Positions 18,118 through 28,349 of a stretch of DNA of 64,000 bases are shown piece after piece; within the stretch, counting starts at the first letter, position 1; every line of letters starts with the position of its first letter. The stretch is from a bacterium (lineage in GTDB: Bacteria; Patescibacteriota; Minisyncoccia; UBA6257; WO2-44-18), in contig JAUSKF010000002.1 in the NCBI GenBank assembly GCA_030646995.1, positions 12,092 through 76,091 on the forward strand. Reading direction: 5' to 3'. Position numbers and translations under genes: made by a program. The notes beneath the pieces were generated by a model that saw only the letters and a list, made by a program, of their open reading frames with translations, had not been told where the DNA came from and searched no databases.

Positions 18118-19026
18118 CTATAGCCAGCCCTTTCTTCTAAAAGAGACGACCAGCGTGACTAGAATTATACCAATAATTACGAAGATGGCCCAAAAAGTGA
18201 GCTGGTGCTCAACAATATATCTTTCAACGAAGTTGATTGAAGCGAGAGATAAAAAGATGGACAAGGGAACGGCCAGAAAAGCGAAGATTGTGAATCGTTG
18301 CATTACCGAGTTGGTTTTTGCGTTAAGAAGCTGGCCGTTAGTGGTCTCCAGAGCTTCAATGGTCGCGCGATAATTTTCCACGTGCTGGGTTACCTTAGAA
18401 TAATCGCCGACCAAATCATCAAAATAGATTCCGAAGTCTTCTCCCCAAAATTTCACTCCGACGTCTCCAAGGGAAGTCAGTAAAATTTCTTGCGGAGCGC
18501 TGATGATGCTGTAGTCGAGAACGTCGCGCTTGGCGTAAGAAATCTTTTGCAATAACTGCGTCTCCTTGCCTTTGAAAATCTCTTTTGATATTTCCTGAAT
18601 GTTGTCTTCCACGTGGCGCAACTGGCGCATTGAGAAGCTGATAATCGCCTGAATTAAATAGTAGCCACAGCGTGCTGTGTCCTGCATCGCCTGATTTTTG
18701 AAATTTTGATTATTACTTATAGTCCTCATAAATGTATCAATCGGCTCCAAATCTTCATAATGGATGGTAATAATCTTATTTTTAGTTATCAAGAAATCCA
18801 CCTCCGCTTTTCTGGAGGTTTTTAAAGATTTATCGTAGATAGGCAGATGATAGGTAAGGAACAAATAATTATTGTAAAATTCAACGCGGGATCGACTGGA
18901 AAAATGCAGCAGCTCATCCAAAATGATCGGGTGAAAGTCATGTTGTTTCTTCAAAAAATCAATGTCCGTTTTAGTGGGCTTTAGGATGTCTATCCAGGTA
19001 ATTTTAGGGGATTTGGTTATCCACAT
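18118..19026 (-). CDS. CorA-family divalent cation transporter
   Basis: WIDI..PT, C-terminal two TM segments; GMN signature altered (SIN). Confidence 0.8.
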   Translation of the reverse strand: MWITKSPKITWIDILKPTKTDIDFLKKQHDFHPIILDELLHFSSRSRVEFYNNYLFLTYHLPIYDKSLKTSRKAEVDFLITKNKIITIHYEDLEPIDTFMRTISNNQNFKNQAMQDTARCGYYLIQAIISFSMRQLRHVEDNIQEISKEIFKGKETQLLQKISYAKRDVLDYSIISAPQEILLTSLGDVGVKFWGEDFGIYFDDLVGDYSKVTQHVENYRATIEALETTNGQLLNAKTNSVMQRFTIFAFLAVPLSIFLSLASINFVERYIVEHQLTFWAIFVIIGIILVTLVVSFRRKGWL

Positions 19027-19032
19027 AGGGGC

Positions 19033-19070
19033 AGCAACTAGCCACTAGCCATTAGCGACTAGCACTACTA
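19033..19070. repeat. Degenerate 7-bp tandem repeat (GCnACTA)
   Basis: GCAACTA GCCACTA GCCATTA GCGACTA GCACTA. Confidence 0.7.
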
Positions 19071-19082
19071 TAATTATACAAT

Positions 19083-19547
19083 ATGGTAATGACTCTGAAG
19101 AAACCTCTTTTTTGGATTAGCGTTCTAGCTTTAGTTGGCTTGGGTTTAGTGATGGCGAATTACGCTTTCGGTTTCTGGCCATTCACTTCTCCAAAAATAA
19201 AAATCGTCTGGTCTCAAATTGGAGATATTCCCGCCGACTGTGGCAAGGGTTATGTTTTGCAGTCAATTAATCCGCGTATCTGCGTTTCGCTAATCACCGG
19301 ATCGGTTGCGCCTTCCAGTTCTGCTAGCGGCCCGGGATGCACGGGAAATGTCGGGGCCACCGGTCCGGGGCTCACTTCCGGTACCGCTATCTGTTCCGTG
19401 CTCTGCCCAGCAGGCAAAAAACCTCAGATCGTGAAATATACAGGCGTCGGCACGCCGTTCGTATCGTTTGATCAGGCGCAAGGGAAATATATTTGTAACG
19501 GTAAACCGACTGTCGGAGCGAGCAGTATTCAGTGCGAATGCCAATAG
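19083..19547 (+). CDS. Secreted Cys-rich protein (surface module gene 1)
   Basis: KKPLFW signal/TM; C-terminal Cys module shared with the next gene. Confidence 0.75.
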   Translation: MVMTLKKPLFWISVLALVGLGLVMANYAFGFWPFTSPKIKIVWSQIGDIPADCGKGYVLQSINPRICVSLITGSVAPSSSASGPGCTGNVGATGPGLTSGTAICSVLCPAGKKPQIVKYTGVGTPFVSFDQAQGKYICNGKPTVGASSIQCECQ

Positions 19548-19572
19548 TTCGGCATGGTATAATAAAAAATAT

Positions 19573-20742
19573 ATGAAGTTAATTAAAAAACCTTTGTTTT
19601 GGACGAATGTTGTTTCCATTTCAGTAACCGGAGTAATGGTTGCCGGTCTAGCATTCGGCTGGACCAATCCAAAAGAAACTCCTCCGAACGGATCCGGAGA
19701 GGTAATCGTTACTTCAGACAGAAAAGTTGGCGTTGGCACTTTGTCGCCGACACAAAAATTAGATATTACCGGTTATCTGGTTGGCCGTTCGGGTTTTTGC
19801 TTGGGCAAAGATGATTTGACGGTTGTTCCCAGTCCAACTGCAGTTGATGGCCTATTCTCATTATCCAACACCGTTTCAGTAAGCTCCCACAGCACTACAG
19901 ATTCACGTGAACGAACTTTTCCATCTTCTCATAGCGTCTCTCTTAGCGCCATGCATGACACTTTATCCAGTGCTGGCTATACGGATAAAAGTACATTGAG
20001 GACTGCCAGTGAAAGTGGCGCAGTTACTCTACGTGACGCGGCGACAGAAAGTGGTATTACTACCAGTGTTACTAGCGCGGCGGGTACAGTCAGCACAGTT
20101 GCCTATAAGGCCGTTGGTTGTCGCACTACTTGGCCAGCTCCGGGAGTCGGAGTTGAAAAAACAGAAGGCGCGGAAATAGTTTCCGGATCAGGTTTATCAG
20201 TTATTAAAACAAAATCGTCAATTGCTACTTTTGGGACCCCAAGCGATCAAATCGTCAATAAAAACCGTTTAGCGAAATTCGCATCAGACAAGCGGGGGCA
20301 AGAGACAATCGGAAACGCTAATATTATTGATGATGGATCTACTGTATCGGTCACCAGTAATTTTTCTTTCAGCGGTAAGTTGGTTGGAGGCGCTGTACCG
20401 TGGGGCAATCTTTCAGAAATTCCCAAAATAGATTGTGGTGCCGGCAAGGTTTTGCAGGGCATCTTCCCAACAAAATGCGTCACTTTGTCCGCTGGCGCTC
20501 CGGCTCCAGCTCCGGCTCCAGCTCCCGGCCCGGCAACCTGCACTTCTTCTATACCCGCTACTGGCCCAGGTCCGACCAGTGGAACAGCAATTTGCGGTCT
20601 AACCTGTGCAACCGGAGCAAAAGTTGTCAGCTATATCGGCTCCGGCACTCCATATGCGGCCCTGACCACTCCACCGACCGGATATACCTGTAGTGGGAAA
20701 TATACCGTTGGACCCAGTAGCATCACCTGTTCTTGCTTATAA
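19573..20742 (+). CDS. Secreted fibre/adhesin-like modular protein (gene 2)
   Basis: AFGWTNP..TPP, VGVGT.SP.QKLD, Ser/Thr-rich insert, (AP)n linker, Cys module. Confidence 0.75.
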   Translation: MKLIKKPLFWTNVVSISVTGVMVAGLAFGWTNPKETPPNGSGEVIVTSDRKVGVGTLSPTQKLDITGYLVGRSGFCLGKDDLTVVPSPTAVDGLFSLSNTVSVSSHSTTDSRERTFPSSHSVSLSAMHDTLSSAGYTDKSTLRTASESGAVTLRDAATESGITTSVTSAAGTVSTVAYKAVGCRTTWPAPGVGVEKTEGAEIVSGSGLSVIKTKSSIATFGTPSDQIVNKNRLAKFASDKRGQETIGNANIIDDGSTVSVTSNFSFSGKLVGGAVPWGNLSEIPKIDCGAGKVLQGIFPTKCVTLSAGAPAPAPAPAPGPATCTSSIPATGPGPTSGTAICGLTCATGAKVVSYIGSGTPYAALTTPPTGYTCSGKYTVGPSSITCSCL

Positions 20743-20746
20743 AAAT

Positions 20747-21580
20747 ATGAAGATTAGAAATTTAGCCAACGTAATCTCTTTTTCAGTAGCGGGCTTAGTG
20801 ATTGCCGGAGTCGCTTTTGGCTGGACGAATCCAAGCGCTACTCCTCCGGACGTTGGTGGGGCTTTGAAAGTTGATTCAGCAACCGGCAATGTTGGCATTA
20901 ACTTGGGAACTGCTGCCCCGACCCAAAAATTGGACGTTGGTGGATATGTTAAAGGAAGAACTGGTCTTTGCATTGGAACTGGCGATGTTGTCGGTGTTGA
21001 TTGCCGAACCTCCTGGCCAACCGGAACCGGCAATGTCAGTGTTGTTGGTAGTGGAACTTCCGGAAAATTAACTAAATTCACCGGAGCAACGACTATTGGC
21101 AATTCTAATCTCACTGAAGGCTCTACCGGAAATATCAGTATCGGTGGGACTCCCGGGTCAACTTACAAGCTGGACGTTACCGGGAAGATCAATGGTACAG
21201 AGATCTGTATCGCCGGAGTCTGCAAGACCACATGGCCCTCCGGATTAACCGGCAGCGGTACGACCGGAAAAATTCCGAAATGGACAGGAGCCTCCTCTCT
21301 GGGAGATTCTTCATTGACTGAATCCGGAGGTATTACGAGCGTTGGCCCGACCAATGATCTTTCTGCCGATGGAAATATCTGGGGTTCGCAATCGAACACG
21401 AGCATAGGTCCTAGTGCCGCATATGGAACTCACCCTTGGATTGTTCCTGGTGGAGTTTACGGAGCTGGAACGGGAGGATGGGAATTAAAATGCCCAGATG
21501 GTCAATTTATGATTGGTATTACTCAAACAGTTAACAGCTCCAATTATCCTGGAGCTAAGATTCTCTGCGCCAAGCTCTAA
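20747..21580 (+). CDS. Secreted fibre/adhesin-like modular protein (gene 3)
   Basis: AFGWTNP..TPP, internal repeats C..C.T.WP and GSGT.GK..K.TG; C-terminal CPDG.FM.G..C. Confidence 0.75.
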   Translation: MKIRNLANVISFSVAGLVIAGVAFGWTNPSATPPDVGGALKVDSATGNVGINLGTAAPTQKLDVGGYVKGRTGLCIGTGDVVGVDCRTSWPTGTGNVSVVGSGTSGKLTKFTGATTIGNSNLTEGSTGNISIGGTPGSTYKLDVTGKINGTEICIAGVCKTTWPSGLTGSGTTGKIPKWTGASSLGDSSLTESGGITSVGPTNDLSADGNIWGSQSNTSIGPSAAYGTHPWIVPGGVYGAGTGGWELKCPDGQFMIGITQTVNSSNYPGAKILCAKL

Positions 21581-21599
21581 CCTGATATTTGCATAGGTT

Positions 21600-21628
21600 T
21601 TGACAGCCGGCTTTTAATTTCTTATAAT
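21600..21628 (+). promoter_or_regulatory. Sigma70 promoter for grpE-dnaK
   Basis: TTGACA-N17-TATAAT perfect consensus, ATG 7 nt downstream. Confidence 0.85.
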
Positions 21629-21635
21629 ATTGGCC

Positions 21636-22088
21636 ATGGCTACTATAGAGGTTCCCCAAGAAGGAGAATTAGAAAAATTAATCAAAGAAAAAGAGGAGTA
21701 CTTGAATGGCTGGAAAAGAGCAAAGGCTGACCTGATAAATTATCAAAAGGATGAATCTGTGCGGGCCCAGGAATTTATGAAGATTGCCAATACGGCCATA
21801 CTCCTTGATTTGATACCAATTTTAGACAGCTTCGATCTCGCAATGGCCGCTTCCCAATCTGATAAAAGCGCCGCGGTAATAAAATCTCAATTTGAGGAAG
21901 TTTTAAAAAGATATGGAGTAGAGAAAATATCTATTGAGCTTGGAAAGCCATTGGATACCAAAAGCCAGGAATCGGTAGGGGAGATGGAATCTAGTCACCC
22001 GCCGGGATCGGTAGCAGAGGAGGTAAGTAAGGGGTATGTAATGAATGGGAGGGTGATTCGTCCGGCAAAGGTTAAGGTCGCAAAATAA
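21636..22088 (+). CDS. grpE: Nucleotide exchange factor GrpE
   Basis: KRAKADLINY, PILDSF, KGY..NGRVIRPAKVKV. Confidence 0.93.
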   Translation: MATIEVPQEGELEKLIKEKEEYLNGWKRAKADLINYQKDESVRAQEFMKIANTAILLDLIPILDSFDLAMAASQSDKSAAVIKSQFEEVLKRYGVEKISIELGKPLDTKSQESVGEMESSHPPGSVAEEVSKGYVMNGRVIRPAKVKVAK

Positions 22089-22113
22089 CATTTAAACAAT
22101 TAGATATAAAAAT

Positions 22114-23979
22114 ATGGGGAAAATAATCGGCATAGATTTAGGCACTACCTATTCTGAAATAGCGATTACGGAAGCAGGTATACCGAAAATTCTAGAAAAC
22201 GCGGAAGGTATGCGCACCACGCCTTCAATGGTCGCGGTGAATAAAACTAATGAGCGATTGGCCGGACTTTTGGCTAAGCGGCAGGCGATTACTAACCCAA
22301 AGAACACTATTTTTTCGGTAAAGCGTTTAATCGGCCGGAAATTTAGTGACGCAGAAGTTCAGAACGATAAAAAATGGTTGCCTTATGAAATAAAGGAATC
22401 GGCAACTGGAGGCGTTGAGGTGAAGATGGGTGAAGATTGGTATAAGCCGGAAGAAATTTCCGCTATGGTTTTAGCTAAATTGAAAGCTGACGCTGAAGCA
22501 AAACTGGGAGAAAAAATAGATGGAGCGGTTATTACCGTACCTGCATATTTTGATGACAGCCAACGTCAGGCCACTAAAAACGCCGGTGAAATTGCCGGTT
22601 TTAAAGTAGAAAGAATCCTCAATGAGCCAACTGCGGCGGCGCTTGCGTATGGTTTGAATAAAAAGAAAGACGAAAAGATTGTTGTCTATGATTTTGGTGG
22701 AGGAACTTTTGACGTATCTGTGCTGGAAGTAGGGGAGGATAATGGCCAGATTACTGTAGAAGTTAAGGCCACCGGCGGAGATACCCACCTTGGAGGTGAT
22801 GACTTTGATAAGAGAATTATTGAGTATTTAGTTAATGAATATAAAAAGCTTGAAGGAGTGGATCTTTCTAAAGATGCGCTCGCCATTCAGCGCTTAAAAG
22901 AAGCGGCGGAGCGCGCCAAGCATGAGCTATCGGTATCTTTTGAGACTGAAATAAATTTACCCTACGTTACCTCTGATGCTTCCGGACCGCGTCATTTCCT
23001 GATGAAATTTAGCCGAACCAAACTCGAAGAGTTAGTGAGAGGATTAATTGATACTTCAATTTCAATTCTGGATAAAACCATTAAGGAGGCGGGGTATACT
23101 ACGGCCAATATAAACGAGATAGTGCTGGTTGGCGGCCAGACTAGAATGCCCGCAATGCAGGAGGCAGTGAAAAAGTACTTTGGCCGTGAGCCGCATAAAG
23201 AATTAAATCCTGACGAAGTAGTGGCGCTTGGCGCTGCGGTGCAGGCGGAAAATCTATCTGCGAAAGCTGAAGGCCGGACTTCTGAAGGCTCCGTGAAAGA
23301 CATTCTTTTGCTCGACGTTACACCACTTTCTCTTGGTATTGAAACGCTCGGCGGAGTTTTCACTAAACTTATTGATAAAAACACTACCGTTCCAACCACT
23401 AAAGCGCAGGTATTCTCTACCGCTGCGGATAATCAGCCATCCGTGGAAATTCACGTTTTGCAGGGAGAGCGCGAAATCGCTTCGGGAAATAAAACCTTGG
23501 CCAGATTTATGCTGGATGGAATCCCTCCGGCTCCTCGAGGAACCCCGCAGGTTGAAGTTAGCTTTGACATTGACGCTAATGGAATCGTGAGTGTTTCTGC
23601 AAAAGACAAAGCTAGCGGTAAAACCCAAACTGTTCGTATTGAAGCGAATACCAGCTTATCCAAAGAGGAAATCGAAAAACTGAAGGCGGAGGCGGTGCAA
23701 TATGCCGCTGAAGACCGGCAGAAAAAAGAATTAGCAGAAGCAAAAAATAATGCGGAGCATCTGATTTATGCTTCGGAAAAGGCTCTTAAAGACGGCGGCG
23801 AAAAAGTTCCGGCAGATGTTAAAGAGGCAATCACTAAAAAAATTGAGGCTGTGAAAGCGGTCAAAGATGGGCAGGATGCCGCTATGATCAAAACTGCTTC
23901 CGATGCTCTTTCCGTTGAAATTCAGAAAATCGGTCAGGCAATGTATGGCAACCCGCCTAAAGAACCAGAGGCTAAGTAG
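22114..23979 (+). CDS. dnaK: Chaperone DnaK
   Basis: [35 protein letters not shown]. Confidence 0.98.
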   Translation: MGKIIGIDLGTTYSEIAITEAGIPKILENAEGMRTTPSMVAVNKTNERLAGLLAKRQAITNPKNTIFSVKRLIGRKFSDAEVQNDKKWLPYEIKESATGGVEVKMGEDWYKPEEISAMVLAKLKADAEAKLGEKIDGAVITVPAYFDDSQRQATKNAGEIAGFKVERILNEPTAAALAYGLNKKKDEKIVVYDFGGGTFDVSVLEVGEDNGQITVEVKATGGDTHLGGDDFDKRIIEYLVNEYKKLEGVDLSKDALAIQRLKEAAERAKHELSVSFETEINLPYVTSDASGPRHFLMKFSRTKLEELVRGLIDTSISILDKTIKEAGYTTANINEIVLVGGQTRMPAMQEAVKKYFGREPHKELNPDEVVALGAAVQAENLSAKAEGRTSEGSVKDILLLDVTPLSLGIETLGGVFTKLIDKNTTVPTTKAQVFSTAADNQPSVEIHVLQGEREIASGNKTLARFMLDGIPPAPRGTPQVEVSFDIDANGIVSVSAKDKASGKTQTVRIEANTSLSKEEIEKLKAEAVQYAAEDRQKKELAEAKNNAEHLIYASEKALKDGGEKVPADVKEAITKKIEAVKAVKDGQDAAMIKTASDALSVEIQKIGQAMYGNPPKEPEAK

Positions 23980-24009
23980 GGATAATGTATAATTAACTCA
24001 TAGCTCGCA

Positions 24010-24939
24010 ATGCACAATAACTTCTCAGTTAAGGTGCTCTTTATAACCTCTTTACCGGTCGTATCGGCGTTTTTGTTTGGTGTTTTCTTCAAAAACTTCA
24101 TTAGTTCCGCCCATTTGGGTATTTTTGTAGTCGCGATAGTAATGGGTTTGGTATTTCTGGCTGCTGTAATTGTATTCAACATTCTAGAGGGAGATTGGGT
24201 GATTTCCTCCGTGAGTTCCGGCTTATCGGCAGCAGCAATGACTGTGTCGTTTTTGGGTAGCGCCTCAATGATTCTTTTCTCCGGCACCCTAATCGCTTTC
24301 TGTTTGATATTTTTCTCAAACCGGCGAACTCAATTCTCTGTGCAAAATAATCTGAAAGTTAAGTTTTGGGGAATGGCGAGTACATCGGCAAGTTTTGCCT
24401 CATCCGGAATTTCTATTTTTGCTATCTTGGCCTATCTGTCATTATTTAATTTTTCCGATCCGGCCTCGCTAAAAAAGACTTTGGAGGTAGCAATTAAACC
24501 GATGGAGCCGATTTTTTCCAGCTACATACCCGGTTTTACTATCCGCCACACCATCACACAGATTGCCGCCAGTCTTTTACCCGATGATTTAAAACTCGCC
24601 CCAGCAGAAATAAAGAGTCAGGTGATTCAGCAGGCCTCTGATCGGCTGATGGTTATCTTGGGAAATTACATTAAAATACCGGTTTCCGGCGGAGATAAGG
24701 TTATTGATATAGTTTATAAGGCTACGCTGGGGAAAATATTAAATTATTCCCCACTGGTGAGAAACTTAATTTTGGTAGCAGCGGGATTCATTATTTTCCT
24801 ACTTTTGAAATTTATTTTGATTTTTGTTAATTGGCTGGCGATTGCTTTGGCGTATGGAATTTATAGCTTGCTACTTAGTTTAAAATTTTTCGAAATTCAA
24901 TTGCAGAGTATAGATAAAGAAGTTATAGTTATCAAATAA
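24010..24939 (+). CDS. Hypothetical multi-TM protein in the dnaK-dnaJ operon
   Basis: 309-aa hydrophobic ORF abutting dnaJ. Confidence 0.75.
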   Translation: MHNNFSVKVLFITSLPVVSAFLFGVFFKNFISSAHLGIFVVAIVMGLVFLAAVIVFNILEGDWVISSVSSGLSAAAMTVSFLGSASMILFSGTLIAFCLIFFSNRRTQFSVQNNLKVKFWGMASTSASFASSGISIFAILAYLSLFNFSDPASLKKTLEVAIKPMEPIFSSYIPGFTIRHTITQIAASLLPDDLKLAPAEIKSQVIQQASDRLMVILGNYIKIPVSGGDKVIDIVYKATLGKILNYSPLVRNLILVAAGFIIFLLLKFILIFVNWLAIALAYGIYSLLLSLKFFEIQLQSIDKEVIVIK

Positions 24940-24940
24940 A

Positions 24941-26041
24941 ATGAAGGATTATTACAAGATTTTGGGAGTTGAGCGGGGCGCCACCGAGGACGACATCAAG
25001 AAAGCCTACCGAAAGCTGGCCCATCAATACCATCCGGATAAATCCGGAGGCAGCGCCGACAAATTTAAAGAAATAAATGAGGCTTATCAAATACTGTCCA
25101 ACAAGGAGAAGAAGGAGCAATTTGATCGCTTTGGCCGGGTTCACGATGGGCAAACGGGTGGCTCTCCGTTTGGAAATGGCTCACCCTTTGGCAGTAATTT
25201 TGAGTTCGGCTTTGGTTTTGACCCGAGCAATATTGATGATATGGGTAATGTCAGTGAAATATTTGAGGCCTTCTTTGAAGGAATGGGTGTGAAAAAACGT
25301 AATAATTACCGACGAGGCTCTGATGTAGAATTTATCCAAGAACTTACCCTCGAAGAAGCTTTTCGAGGCACGGAAAAGCTAATTAGAACTAAGATATACT
25401 CCGTCTGTGAGGCCTGCACCGGCATCGGCTATGACAAAACTGCCGGCACGACCGAATGCGCTACTTGCAGTGGCCGGGGCGAGATAAAAGAAAGCCGGAA
25501 TACTTTTTTCGGTAATTTTGCGCAGGTAAAAACTTGCCCGAAATGTGTAGGTTCAGGGCAGGTGCCAAATAAGCCTTGCGATAAATGCGGGAATGCCGGT
25601 CGTGTCCTTTCCAGTCGGGAAATTACCGTAGAGATTACTCCGGGAGTCAGTGATGACCAATTGATTAAGATTACTAAGGCTGGTGAAGCGGGAGAGCGCG
25701 GCGCAGAGGCTGGTGATTTGTATGTACGGATAAGAATTGCGCCGCATAAAATTTTTGAGCGTCGGGGCGACGACTTGGTTACTAAGAAGCAGGTTGATCT
25801 GGTGAACGTCCTGCTTGGCGAGAAGATTGAAATTTTCACTATTGGCGGAAATAAACTCCATGTTGAAATCCCCGCGGGAATTAGTTTGAAAGATAAAATG
25901 CGTATTCCGGGAGAAGGAATGAATCGTTTTGGTGGCCGTGGCCGAGGAGATTTGTATGTGGAGTGGGATATTAAAACTCCAAAAAAAGTAAGCTCGAAAG
26001 TTAAAAAGCTTCTCGAGGAATTGAAAGACGAACTGAACTAA
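24941..26041 (+). CDS. dnaJ: Chaperone DnaJ
   Basis: J domain HPD, four CxxCxGxG-type repeats. Confidence 0.97.
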   Translation: MKDYYKILGVERGATEDDIKKAYRKLAHQYHPDKSGGSADKFKEINEAYQILSNKEKKEQFDRFGRVHDGQTGGSPFGNGSPFGSNFEFGFGFDPSNIDDMGNVSEIFEAFFEGMGVKKRNNYRRGSDVEFIQELTLEEAFRGTEKLIRTKIYSVCEACTGIGYDKTAGTTECATCSGRGEIKESRNTFFGNFAQVKTCPKCVGSGQVPNKPCDKCGNAGRVLSSREITVEITPGVSDDQLIKITKAGEAGERGAEAGDLYVRIRIAPHKIFERRGDDLVTKKQVDLVNVLLGEKIEIFTIGGNKLHVEIPAGISLKDKMRIPGEGMNRFGGRGRGDLYVEWDIKTPKKVSSKVKKLLEELKDELN

Positions 26042-26057
26042 CTCCGCTGGCTAAACC

Positions 26058-26074
26058 CTGCCTACGGCAGGCAG
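26058..26074. repeat. Imperfect CTGCCTGCCGGCAGGCAG-type palindrome
   Basis: CTGCCTACGGCAGGCAG between convergent genes. Confidence 0.6.
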
Positions 26075-26076
26075 AC

Positions 26077-27744
26077 CTAGTCGCTATTTTTGAACACTCT
26101 AGCTGTTTTCAAATACCAAGCAGCCACGTTATCGAATCGATTCGAAGAATAAGCAATAGGGTCCTCGGCGAAACCGCCTAGTTTTTTTGACACCGCGTAA
26201 ATGTAATCGGGGGAGTAGAGGAACACTGCGGCTTTTGCCTCATAAATAGTTTTTTGAATCTTGGACATATTTTGATTACGGATGGATTCATCCAGGGCTT
26301 GCCTGGTATTTTCTAATAAAGTATCAACGGCTTTATCGTTGAGCAATGAAAGATTCAGGCCCGGATCAAAACGCTGCGATGAATGCCAGAAAGAAAAAAT
26401 GTCGGGAGTTTTATTTAAAGTGTTGCCGAATAGAATCATTTGGTAGTTTCTCGGCTTGATTATGCCGTTGATGATATCGGCCGATTTCAAAACTGCAGGA
26501 TTAATTTTAACTCCAATTTTCGCCCAAGACTCTTTTAGGGCATTGGCGGTTTCCACCAAAAAACGGGCTTCGGGTAAAACTAAATCAAATTCCAAAATCA
26601 CTTTGCTTTTTTGAATCAGCTTTTCCCGGATTCCTTTATCGTTTAACTTCCAGCCGGCCTTTTCCAAAGCCTGATTGGCCTTTTCTATCGAAAATTCCTG
26701 GCTGGAATATACGGATGCATCATATCCGGAAACACTTGATGGAATGGGTCCATAAGCGACGGTTCCATATCCACCCAAAACTTCAGACACCAAGCTTTGA
26801 TTATCGGTGGCTAGGCTAAGAGCGTTACGGACGTCTTTTTCTTTCAAAGAAAGCCCGGTATTCGGGTTCAAGAAAACCGCGTAATATCTGGAACGAGATG
26901 GAGAAAATACACTATGGCCAATTTTTATTCCGTTTAGGTCGTCTATTTCTAATCCGCCGATGCCATCAATACCCTTTATATTGAAAGCCTTTAATGCATC
27001 TTCTTTGTTGGGAAAAAATTTAACTGTGAAATTTTTAATGAAAGGTTTTGTGAGAGAATAATTTTTGTTGGCAATTAAGTTGTATTGCTCAATAAAGCCA
27101 TCAGGCCGTTTTTCGTAATTAACGAATTTATAGGGACCGCTTCCGATCGGCTTCAAACCATATTCGGATAAGCGAAAATTTTGCGGAGGAATGCCGTCGT
27201 ATATATGTTTAGGCGCAATCCTCAAATTTTTCATGTTCTCCAAGAAGAAGGCGTAGGTATTTTTTAAAGACAGATGTAACTCCAGTTCACTAACCCTTTC
27301 TATGGTCACGCCCTGCCATGTCGCAAAAAGAGGGGATCGGGCCTCCGGATCCTGCACCATATTGATAGTGAAAATCACGTCGTCGCTGGTCAGCGGGGCG
27401 CCATCGCTCCATTTTAAGTCAGGTCGCAAAGTGACCGTCCAGTTTTTCTGGTCGGTATCCGCTTCGCGTTTTTCGGAAATATCATAGAGGCTGGCGAAAA
27501 GTAGAGTAATCAGGTCGCGGTCGGCCTCATTGTCTCCCGAGATTAAAGGATTAATAGCGACCGGCTGACCGATAACACCTTCAACATAATTCCCGCCCTC
27601 TACCGGCTGGGCATCGGTATTTTGGTAATACCAAACCAGACTGAATGCGATTGAAGCTACGGCAAAAACCATCAAAGCTCCGCCGAAGAGTTTTTGCTCT
27701 GCGCCAGAAAAAGACCGCCAGATTTTTAAAAGCTTATAAAACAA
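26077..27744 (-). CDS. Peptide/nickel ABC transporter substrate-binding protein (family 5)
   Basis: KWSDGAPLTSDDV.FT, PIGSGPYK, DIFSFWHSSQ. Confidence 0.9.
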   Translation of the reverse strand: MFYKLLKIWRSFSGAEQKLFGGALMVFAVASIAFSLVWYYQNTDAQPVEGGNYVEGVIGQPVAINPLISGDNEADRDLITLLFASLYDISEKREADTDQKNWTVTLRPDLKWSDGAPLTSDDVIFTINMVQDPEARSPLFATWQGVTIERVSELELHLSLKNTYAFFLENMKNLRIAPKHIYDGIPPQNFRLSEYGLKPIGSGPYKFVNYEKRPDGFIEQYNLIANKNYSLTKPFIKNFTVKFFPNKEDALKAFNIKGIDGIGGLEIDDLNGIKIGHSVFSPSRSRYYAVFLNPNTGLSLKEKDVRNALSLATDNQSLVSEVLGGYGTVAYGPIPSSVSGYDASVYSSQEFSIEKANQALEKAGWKLNDKGIREKLIQKSKVILEFDLVLPEARFLVETANALKESWAKIGVKINPAVLKSADIINGIIKPRNYQMILFGNTLNKTPDIFSFWHSSQRFDPGLNLSLLNDKAVDTLLENTRQALDESIRNQNMSKIQKTIYEAKAAVFLYSPDYIYAVSKKLGGFAEDPIAYSSNRFDNVAAWYLKTARVFKNSD

Positions 27745-27952
27745 GGTTTAAGAGAGCGAGACCTGCAAAGGCAAAAGCCACCACGATAGTTAAGCCAAAA
27801 ATTGCTTTTTCGAATCCACGGCGGGTTTGATAAAAGCCGCCGTCACTACCTCCGAAAATACCTAAGCCACCAGTGGAAGAGCGCTCTTGAAGTAGAATCA
27901 AGATGATTAATATAACCGAAACTAATATTTGAGCTAATGTCATTATATTCAT
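27734..27952 (-). CDS. secG: Preprotein translocase SecG
   Basis: ILLQ.....GLGIFGG.....TRRGFEK, two TMs. Confidence 0.9.
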   Translation of the reverse strand: MNIMTLAQILVSVILIILILLQERSSTGGLGIFGGSDGGFYQTRRGFEKAIFGLTIVVAFAFAGLALLNLVL

Positions 27953-27955
27953 AGT

Positions 27956-28306
27956 TTATTTGAAAGCTTTAGCTCCATAGGAGATAGTCGCGTTCACCGC
28001 TCCAATCACTATAGTCGCCAAAACCAAAGGTATTAATCCACTTATTGTAAGCCCCGAAGAGAAAATGTCAACCAAATAGATAAGGGCGCCGTTCAGCACA
28101 AAACCTAAGATTCCCATCGTTAGCCAGATTAGAGGTTTGAGCATAAAGCGCAAAATGGGTAGGACGAACGAGTTAGCGAGGGTCAAAAGGACTACGACGA
28201 TCGCGATTCCCATCCAATCATCGGTAACCGCGAACCCCGAGATTAAGTACTCCGCCGCCAATAAAGCCGCTAAGTTAGAACCGAGGCTAATTAATATGCT
28301 AATCAT
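27956..28306 (-). CDS. YvlD/DUF360 (phage holin family) membrane protein
   Basis: N..V.PIL....PL..LT.G....V.N pattern. Confidence 0.8.
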   Translation of the reverse strand: MISILISLGSNLAALLAAEYLISGFAVTDDWMGIAIVVVLLTLANSFVLPILRFMLKPLIWLTMGILGFVLNGALIYLVDIFSSGLTISGLIPLVLATIVIGAVNATISYGAKAFK

Positions 28307-28315
28307 TACTTTATT

Positions 28316-28349
28316 ATACCATCCCACTTAATTTATATCAGGCTGGTAC
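28316..28349 (-). repeat. 34-bp TACCA-N22-TGGTA element
   Basis: rc GTACCAGCCTGATATAAATTAAGTGGGATGGTAT; contains the uvrC stop. Confidence 0.75.

Noticed and set aside
21560-21636. CIRCE/HrcA operator at grpE-dnaK (also checked before groES)
   Set aside because: No TTAGCACTC-N9-GAGTGCTAA found, and no hrcA at this locus
23245-23300. Short DnaK insertion ([15 protein letters not shown]) as a palindrome insertion
   Set aside because: No inverted repeat or match to the repeat families in the DNA
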